A DNA stretch of 64,000 nucleotides from the human T2T-CHM13v2.0 reference genome, Homo sapiens. The position numbers and the translations under genes were made by a program. Where the stretch lies: assembly GCF_009914755.1 (NCBI RefSeq), contig NC_060934.1; one strand, written 5' to 3'. Positions within the stretch are counted from its first letter, which is position 1. Every line of letters starts with the position of its first letter. This document shows, in pieces, positions 29,368-52,974 of the stretch. The notes under the pieces were generated by a model. That model saw only the letters and a program-made list of their open reading frames with translations. It was not told the origin of the DNA and did no database searches.

Positions 29368-31582
29368 TTCTCTCTCTCAAGACTCCGTTAAAAGTGTAGA
29401 ATTGAGCAAAGAAGTCAAGCTCCAAAATACAGAGCAAACACACCAAGGTATGTAACAGCGTTTATGGGGAAAATCCACACAGATGTGAATAGTAGCAGCT
29501 GCACATTCCAACACCCCACTACATAATGAAAAATGTAAATATTTTATCTATGTCAAATAAGTACATGGTCAAAATCAAATTATGTGCAAGGATTATAATG
29601 AGTTAACCAGGTACCTTTATTACACACCTAAACATTTAAATTTTTAATTAAAAATTAATATTTAAAGCTAAGTTTTAGAAAAGCTGAGATTAAAAAATGA
29701 AATGACCCACATAAATTTTCTTTGAAAAGTTGCTACTATTCTTCCAGTTCATAAGGTTTGGTTTTGCCCAAAAGGGTTCCAAAGTCAGATCATGACAAAT
29801 CTATTTGAATGCGTTAAAGGTATTTCAGACATAATACATCTAAAATGGAATTCTGGGTTCCTCAACCTACTCTACATCCGTAGATCATACCCATCTTCCA
29901 CCAAGGGACCTTTATTCAAGATTTAGGAAGGAGGCTTGTCTCTGCTTGGAGAACAGCCACAAAAAGGACTGCTGGTGGTATGCAAGCTATCCTATTGCTT
30001 AAAGCAAATCACTTCTGGCCCTAAATTATACTCACCACTTAGCTGGATTCACCATCCTTAGAAAATAGTTTAGCAACATCTTTCATTACTGGAGCATGTT
30101 CCCTTGGAAATGTCACTTACCTTTCCGACAAATACTCACTCCACTACAAGTGTCACTCCTTCCTACCATATTTACCTCTCTTCCTGCCAGGTATTCTAGA
30201 AAACACAACTTAACCCTATTACATTGCCACTCATGCTTTAATAACTCTTGTAAGGGTATATTCTGGGCAGCTACCTGGCAGTCAGACCCTAAATTTGGCT
30301 GTGGCTTTAAGAGATTAAAAAATAGCAAAAGATGCCACAGTCCCTATCCTTCAGAAATTTATAGTTTCCCTTTCCATGAAAAGGTTCACTTGAGCCCTTT
30401 AGAGGGAGACAAATTTTCACAAAATACTTAAATTTTCCACCAGGGAATTTATTTTAAAGCCTCATAACAACCACGCTGGATTTTTAAATTTATATCTAGC
30501 CTAAATTTTTATAGGTAGAGTTTAAGTTCCTTCTATCTACTATGTAATACCCACTTATAGACATAAGACCTTATTAAATAGCCTTCCTCTTTTCTCTTTT
30601 CCTGGCCAGTCAACAAAATTACCATAACTTCTGTTCAAATATTAACCCTACATGTTAATTAATTCAAATTAACTTTTTAAATATAAAGCCAAGAACTCTG
30701 TGAAGATAAAGCTCCTGACTGTGGTCAGAATCAGTGTGCAGATAAGACTAAAAAATCAACAATTATATGTTCTGAATCTGGAGTTCAGAGTTGAAGAATC
30801 TACTATTTTTGAGAATTCAAGTCAAATATATAAAAATTTATTCAGTGACTACCAGGCAAGGCTCCAGTAGGGTGAATAAAAATAAATATAAGACTCAAAG
30901 ATATATATGATCCTGGGGAAAGGAATAATCTAGCAGAGGAGAATAACATGAAAGATTGTACCTATTATACAGAAATAATTAACATGAGTTAAATCATTAG
31001 TCAAAATAAGAAGATACTATCTCTTGCTTATTGACCAAGATTTGAAAGAATGATAAAAGTGTAGACATAAGGAAGTCAAAGCTCTAGAGAAGCAGATACT
31101 AGGATAATTCCTGGTATGAATATGAACTGGGAAAACATTTCTGGAGGGCAATTTGGCACTAAAATCCTTTTAAAAGTACATACTTTGACCAAAAATAATA
31201 TATCTAAGGGCTTGTCCCAGGGAAATAATCAGACAAGTCTTTAAAGGATTTACAGGAAGCAAGCAATATGGTTTATAACCATGGAGAATTATAAATAATC
31301 TAAATGTCCTATAACATGGGTTTTTTTTAAATAAAACCTATGATACATACATGGACATTAAAATGATGATATAGCTGATTATACATACATATATCAATAT
31401 GGAAATGTCTTTAAGATAAAGTAAATTTTACAAAACAGTTTCTTAAAAGGTATGCAGTATTTCTTCAAGTAACATGTATCACTGTTTCTAAAGGTACACA
31501 ATGTCCTCGACACTGACACAGTAGGTCTAGAGCAAGGTTGGAAATGTAAACTTTTAACATGTCCACCCTTCCAGCAAGTGAG

Positions 31583-31630
<48 letters not shown>
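31583..31630 (+). repeat. (CA)n microsatellite
   Basis: Direct reading. Confidence 0.95.
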
Positions 31631-31632
<2 letters not shown>

Positions 31633-31899
31633 CTCTCTTAGGTGATCTTAATGTAAGTGTTCTATAGAGCATCCTTTGAGAAATGGCACATTAACATATA
31701 TCAAGTCTGGGAAAGAGTATATGTGCAAAACAGGAAGATGATGAAATAAGAATCTGGAGTTTGGAGTGGGTGTTGAAGTACAAAGAATAAGAGATAAAAG
31801 AATCAGGAAATAAAATATAGTACATCAACTCAATGGACAATTATGCAGTCATTAAAATAATAACCATGATGACAGAACGGATATAATATAAGTTATATT

Positions 31900-33204
<1,305 letters not shown>

Positions 33205-33251
33205 CACATTTTTTAAAAGAACAAAGAAACATTAGATTTAACTAGACTTAA

Positions 33252-33587
<336 letters not shown>

Positions 33588-34022
33588 TCAAGTACCTTTT
33601 TAAAGCACAATGGACTAAAACTAGAAATAAAACCACCATAACAAAAGAAACCATGGAAACTTCACAAGCACATGGAAATTAAATTACATGCTCCTGAATG
33701 ACCAATGGATCAATGAATAAATTAAGAAAGAAATTTTAAAATGTCTTGAAATAAATGAAAATGAAAATACAACATACCAAAAGATACACAATAGAGGAAA
33801 AGCAGTACTAAGGGAGAAGTTTATAGCCATAAACACCTATATCAAAAAAATAGAAGGACTTCAAATAAACAACATAACAATGCACCCCAAAGAACTAGAA
33901 AAGCAGGAACAAACCAAACCCAAAATTACCAGAAGGAAAGAAACAATAAAGATCAGACCAGAAATAAAAGAAATTAAGACCAAAAAATGCAAAGGATCAA
34001 CCAAATTAAAAGTTAGTTTTTT

Positions 34023-34620
34023 GGCAACCCCATCAAAAAGTGGGCAAAGGATATGAACAGACACTTCTCAAAATAAGACATTTATGCAGCCAAAAGACAC
34101 ATGAAAAAATGCTCATCATCACTGGCCATCAGAGAAATGCAAATCAAAACCACAATGAGATACCATCTCACACCAGTTAGAATGGCGATCATTAAAAAGG
34201 CAGGAAACAACAGGTGCTGGAGAGGATGTGGAGAAATAGGAACACTTTTACACTGTTGGTGGGACTGTAAACTAGTTCAACCATTGTGGAAGACAGTGTG
34301 GCAATTCCTCAAGGATCTAGAACTAGAAATACCATTTGACCCAGCCATCCCATTACTGGGTATATACCCAAAGGAGTATAAATCATGCTGCTACAAAGAC
34401 ACCTCCTACAGGCACATGTCAGTACCCCCACTGGGACAGAGCTTCCAGAAGTAGGAGCAGGCTGCTATCTTTGTTGTTTCACAGCCTTCACTGGTGATAC
34501 TTCCAGGTATGAAGAAAACCGAGGCAACTAGGGTCTGGAGTGGACCCCCAGCAAACCACAGCAGCCCAACAGAAGAGTGACCTGACTGTTAAAACAAAAC
34601 AAACAGGAAACAACACAACA
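34023..34620 (+). mobile_element. Chimeric L1 patch: young ORF2 3' piece (about 34023-34402) fused to an older-type 5'UTR piece (about 34397-34620)
   Basis: ORF 34101..34454 leaves L1 ORF2 after SCCYKDT; agacac microhomology at the join. Confidence 0.75.
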
Positions 34621-42135
<7,515 letters not shown>

Positions 42136-45100
42136 GACTCCATGAAAAAAACTGTTAGAGCTGACAATAAATTCAGTAAAGCTTCAGAGTACTGAATCAA
42201 CATGCAAAAATCAGTAACTTTATATATGTCAAAAGCAAAAAATCTGAAAAAGAAATTAAGAAACCATCCCCATTTATAATGTCTACAAAGAATACAAAAT
42301 ACCTAGAAATCAATTGAACCAAGGAAGTGAAAGATTTATACAAAGAAAACCATAAGACACTGATGAAAGAAATTGAAGAGGACACAAAAAAATAGAAAGA
42401 TATTCCATGTTCATGGATTGGAAGAAATAATATCATTAAAATGACAATACTGCACCAAGCAATTTACAGATTCAATGCAACCACTATCGAAATACCAATG
42501 ACATTCTTCACAGAAATAGAAAAAACAATTCAAAAATTTACATGGAAACACAAAGGCCCCAAATAGCCAAAGACGTCCTGAGGAAAAACAACAAAGCTGG
42601 AAGCATCCCACTTCCTGACTTCAAAATTTACTACAAAGCTATAGTAACAAAATCAGCATGGTCCTAGCATAAACAGGGACACAGACCAGTGGAACAGCAT
42701 AGAGAACCCACATGTAAATTTATGCATTTACAGCCAGCTCATCTTCAACAAAGGTACTAAGAACATACAGTGGGGAAAGGACAGTCTCTTCAATAAATGA
42801 TGCTGGGACAATGGGATAACTATATGCACATGAATGAAACTGAGGGAGTGGGGCGGAGCTGAGATGGCTAACTAGAAACAGCTACAGTGGGAGGCTTCCA
42901 CCAAGAAGAACCAAAACAGCATGCGAATCCTGCATCATTAACCAAGGTATCCATGTTCTATCATCAGGACTGACTAGGTGTTTGGTTTGACCCACGGAGA
43001 GCAAAGAAAAGCAGAGTGGTGCCTCAGCCCACCTGACAGCCACATGGGACAAAGGCAGCCCCCACCTGCAGCCAAGGGAGACGGTGAGCAGTCGTGCTAC
43101 CCAGCCTGGGAAACCACGCTTTTTCCATGGATCTGTGCAACCTGCAGATCAGGAGATCCCACTCATGAGCCCATGCCACCATCAGGGCCTTGGGTCCCAA
43201 CCACAGAGCTGTGCAGATTCTCAATAGCCATTCAGCTGCAGTCTGCCTAAGACAACTGAGCTCCACGGGGAAGGGACAGCAGTCATCATGCAGCTGCCTA
43301 AAATGACTAAACTCTGGGGAAGTGGTGGGGGCAGGAGCCAGCGGGAGAAGGGCAGCAGCTATCACTGCAGCTGCAGAGCACCATTTTTCCCCTGCTGGTG
43401 CTGGGGAAACTGGATGGCTTGGACCCAAGAGGTATTCCCCACAGTACAGCACACCACCTGTGGCAGATCACAGCCAGATTGCCTCTTTAGGCCAGACCCT
43501 GACACATCCCTCCTCACTGGGCAGGACCTCCCTGCAGGAACTTCAGCAACTCTAGCCAGGGGCTTAGAGACAGAACTGTGATCTCCCTGGGCCTGAGCCC
43601 CTAGTGGGTGGGGTGGCCATGGTCTCCATGGACCAGCAGACTTAGTCTTTCCTTCCGCTAGCTCTGAGGAATATGAGCAGACCAGACGAGTGGGTTTCCC
43701 CCCAGTGCAGCACACCCCCTCCACCAAGGGGCAGCCAGCGTGCTTTATTAAGTGGGTCCTGGATCCCATGCCCCCCAACAGGGGTCACCGGACACCTTAT
43801 ACAGGAGCATTCCTCTTGGCATCATGTCAGTGACCCTTTAGGACAGAGATTCCAGAGGAAGGAGCAGGCTCCCATCTTTGCTGTTCTCCAGCCTCCTTAG
43901 GTAACATCTCCAGGTGCGAGAGGGACCCAGGTGAATAGGGCCTGAAGTGAAACCCCAGCAAACCACAGCAGCCCTACAGAAGAGGGGCCTGTTAAAAGAA
44001 AAACAAACAGAAAGCAGCAACAGCATCAACAAAAAGGTCTTCACAAAAACCCATCCAAAGGTCAGCAGCCTCAAAGATCGAAACTAGACAACTCATGAAG
44101 ATGAGAAAGAATCAACGAAAAAACGCTAAAAACTTAAAAAGCCAGAGTGCCTCTTCTCCTCCAAATGATCACAACACCTCTCCAGCAAGGGGACAGAACT
44201 GGGCAGAGGCTGAGATGGATGAATTGACAGAAGTAGGCTTCAGAAGGTGGGTAATAACAAACTTCACTGAACCAAAGGAGCATGTCCTAACCTAACGCAA
44301 AGAAGCTAAGAACCATGATAAAAGGTTACAGGAGCTGTTAACTAGAATAACCAGTTTAGAGAGGAACAATATGACCTGATGAAGCTGAAAAACATAGCAC
44401 GAGAACTTTGTGATACAAGTATCGATAGCTGAATCAATGAAGCGGAAGAAAGAATATCAGAGCTTGAAGACTTTCTTGCTGAAACAGAGCAGGAAGACAA
44501 GATTATGGAAAAGAGAATGAAAAGGAACAAATAAAACCTCTGAGAACTATGGGACTACATAAAAAGATCGAACCTATGATTTATTGGAGTACCTGAAAGA
44601 GACAGAAAGAATGGAACCAAGTTGGAAAACACACTTCAGGGTATCATCCAGGAGAACTTCTCCAACTTAGCAAAACAGGCCAACATTCGAATTCAGGAAA
44701 TACAGAGAACCCCAGCAAGATACTCCATGAGAAGATCACCCCAAGAAACATAACCATCAGATTCTCCAAGGTCAAAATGAAGGAAAAAATGTTAAGGGCA
44801 GCCAGAGAAAAAGGCCAGGTCACCTACAAAAGGAATCCCATCAGACTAACAGCAGACCTCTCAGCAGAAGCCCTACAAGCCAGTAGAGAGTGTGGGCCAA
44901 TATTCAACATTCTTAAAGAAAAGAATTTCCAACCCAGAATTTCATATCCAGCCAAGCTAAGTTTCTAAGCAAAGGAGAAATAAAATATTTTTCAAACAAG
45001 CAAACGTTGAGGGAATTTGTCACTGCCAGGCCTACCTTGCAAGAGCTCCTGAAAAAAGTGCTAAATATGGAAAGGAAAAACCAGTACCAGCCACTGCAAA

Positions 45101-46369
45101 AACACACTGAAGTGCAAAAACCAATGACATTTTGAAGAAACTGCATCAACTAGTCTGCAAAATAAGCAGCTAGCATCATTATTACACGATCAAATTCACA
45201 CATAACAATTTTAACCTTAAATGTAAATAGGCTAAATGTCCCAATTAAAACACACAGACTGGCAAATTGAATAGAGTCAAGATGAATTGGTGTGCTGTCT
45301 TCAAGAGACCCATCTCATGTGCAAAGACACACATAATTGTCTTTGCACATGACATGTCTTTGCACATGTCTTTGCACATAATTTGTCAAGCTCAAAATAA
45401 AGGGATGGAGGAATATTTAACAAGCAAATGGAAAGTGAAACAAAAGCAGGGGTTGCAATCCTACTTTCTGACAAAACAGACTTTAAACCAACAAAGATCA
45501 AAAAAGACAAGGGCAGTACTTAATGGTAAAGGGATTAATTCAGTGAGAAGAACTAACAATTCTAAATATATATGCACCCTATTTATGCATATATTTATGA
45601 ACACAGATTCATAAAACAAGTTCCTAGAGACCTACAAAGAGACTAAGACTACCACACAATAATAGTGGGAGACTTTAACACCCCACCGTCAATATTACAC
45701 AGATCATCGAGACAGAATATTAACAAGGATATTCAAAACTTGAACTCAGCTCTGGATCAAGTGGACCTGATGGATATCTACAGAACTCTCCATCCAAAGA
45801 AAATAGAATATACATTCTTCTCAGTGCCACATGGCACATACTCTAAAATTGATCACATAATTGGAAGTAAAACACTCCTCAGCAAATGCAAAAGAACTGA
45901 AATCATAACAAACAGTCTCTCAGACCATAGTGCAATCAAATTAGAACCCAAGATTAAGAAAGTGACTCAAAACCACACAACTACATGGAAATTGAACAAC
46001 CTGCTCCGAATGACTCCTAGGTAAATAATGAAATTAAGAGAGACATCAAGAAGCTATTTGAAACCAATGAGAAAAAAAGAGACAATGTACCAGAATTTCT
46101 GGGATGCAGCTAAAGCAGTGTTAAAAGGGAAATTTATAGCACTAAATACCCACATCAGAAAGCAAGAAAGATCTTGAATTGACACCCTAACATCACAACT
46201 AAAAGATATAGAGAGGCAGGAGCAAACAAAGCCAAAGGCTAGCAAAAGACAAGAAATAACTAAGATCAGAGTGGAACTGAAGGAGACAGAGACATGAAAA
46301 ACCCTTCAAAAAAAATCAGTGAATCCAGGAGCTGGTTTTTTGAAAAAAATTAATAAAATAGATAGACCG

Positions 46370-46688
46370 TGGGCAACCCGCTTGGGTCCCCTTCCATGCT
46401 GTGGAAGCTTTGTTCTTTCACTCTTCACAATAAATTTGCTGCTGCTCACTCTTTCAGTCTGCACCACCTTTTAAGAGCTGTAACACTCGCCGTGAAGGTC
46501 CGCGGGCTCATTTTGAAGTCAGCGAGACTATGAACCCGCCAGAAGGAAGAAACTCTGGACACATCTGAAGGAATAAACTCCAGACACACCATCTTTAAGA
46601 GCTGTAACAGTTACCACGAAGGTCCGTGGCTTCATTCTTGAAGTCAGTGAGACCAAGAACCCACTGGAAGGAACCAACTCTGGACACA
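46370..46688 (+). mobile_element. LTR12 (ERV9) R-U5 only, forming the 5' leader of the retrocopy
   Basis: ggcaacccgcttgggtccccttcc start; aataaa at 46429; two ttaagagctgtaaca...gaagtcagcgagac U5 repeats; LTR end ggacaca; no U3 present. Confidence 0.9.
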
Positions 46689-48011
46689 GCAGGACGTGAG
46701 ACTTCTAGTGCTCACTCAGAATCATTTCTGCACCAACCATGGCCATCTTTGTGGAGCTCAATACCAAAGCCAAGATGCCCATTGTGGGCCTGGGCACTTG
46801 GAAGTCTCCTCTCGGCAAAGTGAAAGAAGTGGTGAAGGTGGCCATTGATGCAGGATATCGCCACATTGACTGTGCCTATGTCTATCAGAATGAACATGAG
46901 GTGGGGGAAGCCATCCAAGAGAAGATCCAAGAGAAGGCTGTAAAGCGGGAGGACCTCTTCATCATCAACAAGTTGTGGCCCACTTTCTTTGAGAGACCCC
47001 TTGTGAGGAAAGCCTTTGAGAAGACCCTCAAGGATCTGAAGCTGAGTTATCTGGATGTCTATCTTATTCACTAGCACAGGGATACAAGTCTGGGGATGAT
47101 TTTTTCCGCAAAGATGATAAAGGTAATATGATCGGTGGAAAAGCAATGTTCTTGGATGCCTGGGAGGCCATGGAGGAGCTGGTGGATGAGGGGCTGGTGA
47201 AAGCCCTTGGGGTCTCCAATTTCAACCACTTCCAGATAGAGAGGCTCTTGAACAAACCTGGACTGAAATATAAACCAGTGACTAACCAGGTTGAGTGTCA
47301 CCCATACCTCACACAGGAGAAACTGATCCAGTACTGCCACTCCAAGGGCATCACCATTATGGCCTACAGCCCCCTAGGCTCTCCGGATAGACTTTGGGCC
47401 AAGCCAGAGGACCCTTCCCTGCTGGAGGATCCCAAGATTAAGGAGATTGCTGCAAGGCACAAAAAACCACAGCCCAGGTTCTGATCCATTTCCATATCCA
47501 GAGGAATGTGACTGTGATCCCCAAGTCTGTGACACCAGCACGCATTGTTGAGAACATTCAGGCCTTTGACTTTACATTGAATGATGAGGAGATGGCAACC
47601 ACACTCAGCTTCAACAGAAACTGGAGGGCCCGTAACATGTTGCAATCCTCTCATTTGGAGGACTATCCCTTCGATGCAGAATATTGAGGTTGAATCTCCT
47701 GGTGAGATTACACAGGGAATTCTCTTTCTTCGCTGAAGTGTGACATCTCCACTCAAGTCCTATTTTAGCCAAGCTTATCTGAGATCACAGTGACTTCGTC
47801 CTGTTGCAGGCCAGAATCAAGGTGCTGTTTTAGACATTTATTTCTGTATGTTCAACTAGGATCAGAGTATCACAGAAAAGCATGGCTTGAATAAGCAAAT
47901 GACAGTTTTTTCCACTTATCTGAACAAATGTCTGTCTGTCAAGCACCAGAAACTCTGCCAACACTGAGGATGTAAAGATAAATAATAAAAAATAATGATC
48001 GTAAAAAAAAA
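46370..48011 (+). pseudogene. AKR1B10P1: Processed aldo-keto reductase 1B10/1B15-family pseudogene (CDS remnant 46739-47687)
   Basis: Intronless [21 protein letters not shown]...EDYPFDAEY; TGG>TAG plus 1-bp deletion at 47072-47076; 1-bp deletion in the A-run at 47461; aataaa 47984; poly(A); TSD atagaccg at 46362-46369 and 48012-48019. Symbol is from recall. Confidence 0.92.
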
Positions 48012-51000
48012 ATAGACCGCTAACTAGACTAATGAAGAAGAAGACAGAGAAGAATCAAATAGACACAATAAAAACTGATGAAGGAGATATCATCAATGAC
48101 CCCACAGAAATACAACCAACCATCAGAGAATACTATAAACACCTCTACGCAAATAAACTAGAAAATCTAGAAGAAATTGATAAATTCCAGGACACATACA
48201 TCATCTCAAGACTAAACCAAGAAAAATTCGAATCCCTGAATAGACTAATAACAAGTTCTGAAATTGGGGCAGTAATAAATAGCTACCAACCAAAAAAAAA
48301 AAAAAAAGCCCAGGACCAGATAGATTTACAGCCAATTCAACCAGAGGTTCAAAGAGGAGTGGGTACCATTCTTTCTGTAATTATTCCAAACAACTGAAAA
48401 GGAGGGACTTTTCTCTAACTCATTTTATGAGGCCAGCATCATCCTGATACCAAAACCTGGCACAGATACAACAAAAAAAGAAAACTTCGGGCCGATATCC
48501 CTGATGAACATTGATGCAAAAGTCCTCAATAAAATACTGGCAAACCAAATCCAGCAGCACATCAAAAAGGTTATCCACTATGATCAAGTCAGCTTTATCC
48601 CTGGAATTCAAGGCTGGTTCAACATACACAAATCAATAAATGTAATTCATCACATAAACAGAACTAAAGACAAAAGCCACACAATTATCTCAACAGACGC
48701 AGAAAAGGCCGTTGATAAAATTTAACATCCCTTCATGTTAACAACTCTCAATAAACTAGGAATTGATGGAACACATCTCAAAATATTAAGAGCCATTCCT
48801 GACAAACCCACAGTCAATATCATACTAAATGGGCAAAAGCTGGAAGCATTCCCCTTGAAACCTGGCACAAAACAAGGATGGCCCTCTCTCTTTCTCACCA
48901 CTCCTATTCAACATAGTATGGAAGTTCTGGCCAGGGCAATCAGGCAAGAGAAGGAAATAAAAGGCATTCAAATAGGAAGAGAGGAAGTTAAACTGTCTCT
49001 GCAGACAACATAATCCTATATTTAGAAAATCCCATTGTCTCAGCCCAAAAGCTCCTTAAGCTGATAAGCAGCTTCAACAAAGTCTCAGGATACAAAATCA
49101 ATGTGCAAAAATCACAAGCATTCCTATACACCAACAATAGACAAACAGACAGCCAAATCATGAATGAACTCCCATTCACAACTGCTACAAATAAAATACT
49201 TAGGAATACAGCTAAAAAGGGATGTGAAGGACCTCTTCAAGGAGAACTACAAACCACTGCTCAACGAAATAAGAGAGGACACAAACAAATGGAAAAACAT
49301 TCCATGGTCATGGATAGGGAGAATCAATATCGTGAAAATGGCCATACTACCCAAAGTAATTTACAGATTTAATGCTATTCCCATTAAACTACCATTGCCG
49401 TTTTTCAAAAAATTAGAAAAAACTACTTTAAAATTCTTATGGAACCAAAAAAGACCCCATATAGCCAAGACAATCCTAAGCAAAAAGAACAAAGCTGGAG
49501 GCATCATGTTACCCAACTTCAAACTATACTGCAAGGCAATAGTAACCAAAACAGCATGGAACCGGTACCAAAACAGACACATAGACCAATGGAACAGAAT
49601 AGAGATCTCAGAAATAAGGCCACACATCTACAATCATCTGACATTTAACAAACCTGATAAAAACAAGCAATGGGGAAAGGATTCCCTATTTAATAAATGG
49701 TGCTGGGAAAACTGGCTAGCCACATGCAGAAAATTGAAACTGGGCCCTTTCTTTATAATTCATACAAAAATTAACTAAAGATGGATTAAAGACTTAAATG
49801 TAAAACCAAAAACTATAAAAACCCTAGAAAAAAATCTAGGCAACACCATTCAGGACATAAACAAAGATTTCATGACAAAACATCAAAAGCAATTGCAACA
49901 AAAGCAAAAATTGACAAATAGGACCTAATTAAATGAAAGAGCTTCTGCACAGCAAAAGAAACTATCATCACAGTGAACAGACAACCTATGGAATGGGAGA
50001 ATATGTTTGCAATCTATCCCTCTGACGAAGGTCTAATATCCAGAATCTACAAGGAACTTAAACAAATTTACAAGAAAACAACAAAAAACCCCATCAAAAA
50101 GTAGGCAAAGGACGTGAACAGACACTTCTCAAAAGAAGACATTTACGTGGCCAAGAAACTTATGAAAAAAAGCTCAACATTACTGATCATTAGAGAAATG
50201 CAAATCAAAACCACAATGAGATACCATCTCATGAGTCAGAATGGCGATTATTATAAAGTCAAGAAACAACAGATGCTGGCAAGGCTGTGGAGGAATAGGA
50301 ACACTTTTACACTGTTGGTGAGAATGTAAATTAGTTCAACAATTGTGGAAGACAGTGTGGTGATTCCTCAGGGATCTAAAACCAGAAATACCATTTAACC
50401 CAGCAATCCCATTACTGGGTATATACCCAAAGGAATATAAATCATTCTATTATAAAGATACATGCACACATATGTTTATTGCAGCACTATTCACAATAGC
50501 AAAGACATGGAATCAACCCAACTGTCCATCAGTGATGGACTGGATAAAGAAAATGTGGTACATACACACCATGGAATGCTCTGCAGCCATAAAAAGGAAC
50601 AAGATCGTGACCTTTGCAGGGAGATGGATGGAGCTAGAAGCCATTATTTTCAGCAAACTCACACAGGAACAGAAAACCAAATACCGCATGTACAAGTGGG
50701 AGCTGAATAATGAGAACACATGGACACAGGGAGGGAAACAACACACACTAGAGCCTATCGGGGGGGCGTTGGGAGGGAGAGCATCAGGATAAACAGCTAA
50801 TGCATGTGGGGCTTAATACCTAGGTGATGGGTTGATAGGTACAGCAAACCACCATGGCACATGTTTACCTATGTAACAAACCTGCACATCATGCAAATGT
50901 ATCCCAGAACTTAAAATAAAATAAAATTTAAAAAAAGAGGGAATGAAACTAGACCCCTATCTCTCACCATACACAAAAATCAAATCAAAATGGATAAAAG

Positions 51001-51370
51001 ACTTAAGTCTAAGACCTGAAACTATGAAACTAGTATTAATAGAAGAAAACATTGGGGAAATGCTCCAGGACATTGGTCTGGGCAAGATTTTCTGTGTAAG
51101 ACCTCAAAAGCACAGGCAACCAAAGCAAAAATAGACAACTGGGATTTTATCAAGATAAAAGTCTTCTGTACAGCAGAGGAAACAATCAACAAAGTGCAAA
51201 AACAACCCATAGAACGGGGGAAAAGATCTGCAAACTACGTATCTGACAAAGGATTAATAACCAGAGTATATAAGGAGCTCAAACAACTCAATGGAGAAAA
51301 AAATGACAATAATCTGATCAGAAAATGGGCAAAAGAGCTGAACAGACATTTCTCAAAAGAATACATACAT

Positions 51371-51661
51371 GGCTGGACATGGTGTCTCAAGCCTGTAATC
51401 TCAGCACTTAGGGAGGCTGACATGGGAGGATCAACTGAGGACAGAAGTTTGAGACCAGCCTGGAAAATATAGCGAGACCTTATCTCTACAAAACAAAAAA
51501 ATTAAAAAATTACCAATGCCTGTAGTAGTCCTAGCTACTTATGAGGCTGAGGCGAGAGGATCACTTGAGCCCAAGAGTTCAAGGCCGCGGTGACCTATGA
51601 TCACTCCACTGCACTCCAGCCTGGGTGACAGGATGAGACCTTATCTTTAAAAAAAAAAAAA
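51371..51661 (+). mobile_element. AluJ
   Basis: Diverged Alu dimer with J-type text (gagcccaagagttcaaggcc). Confidence 0.88.
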
Positions 51662-51770
51662 GGTGATGATATACAAATAGCAATGGGTATATGAAAAAAT
51701 GCTCAATATCACTAACCATCAGAGAAATGCATATCAAAACTACAATGAGATATCATCTCACCCCAGTTTA

Positions 51771-52290
<520 letters not shown>

Positions 52291-52974
52291 AAAAGAAAAT
52301 CAATATGCCAAAAAGATATATGCACTCCCATGTTTATCAAAGCACTATTCACGATAGCCAAAATATGGAATTGATCTAAATGCTCATCAATGGAAGAATG
52401 GATAAAGAAAAAGTGGTATAAATATTATCCAGCCATAAAAAAGAATGAAATCCTCTCATTTGCAGCAACATGTATGGAACTGAAGTTCATTATCTTAGGT
52501 GAAATAAGCCAAGCACAGAAAGACAGATATTGCATGTTCTGACTCATATGTGGGAGGTAAAACAGTGGATCTTATGAAGATAGAGAGTAGACTGGTGGTT
52601 ACCAGAGGCCAGGTAGGGTGGGGGGAACAGGGAGATGAAAAGAAGTTGATTAACGGGTACATATTTACACCTATTCAATAGTTTAATAGAAGAACTAAGA
52701 CCTAGTTTTTAGATAAATCAGTAGGGTGTCTATAGTCTACAGTAGTCTATTGTACATTTCAAAAAAGCTAGAAGAGAATAATTCAAATGTTTCTAGCATA
52801 AAAAAGACAAATATTTAAGGTGATGGATATCCTAACTACACCAATTTAATATTTACAAATCATGTATTAAATTATCATATGTACCTCAAAACAATGTACA
52901 TCTATTATGCATCAATAAAAATAAATAATTTTTTAAAAGGCAAGTAACAATATTTTCAAAACACTAAAAGATAA

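Larger units (their letters stand above)
42842..50940 (+). mobile_element. Full-length older L1PA (about PA8A-PA11) with long 5'UTR; hosts the AKR1B retrocopy
   Basis: 5'UTR from gagggagtgggg; ORF1 near 44100; decayed ORF2; TSD gaatgaaact at 42832-42841 and 50941-50950. Confidence 0.9.

Noticed and set aside
46739-47484. Functional aldo-keto reductase
   Set aside because: Nonsense codon just after the catalytic His region plus two frameshifts; intronless with poly(A) and TSD
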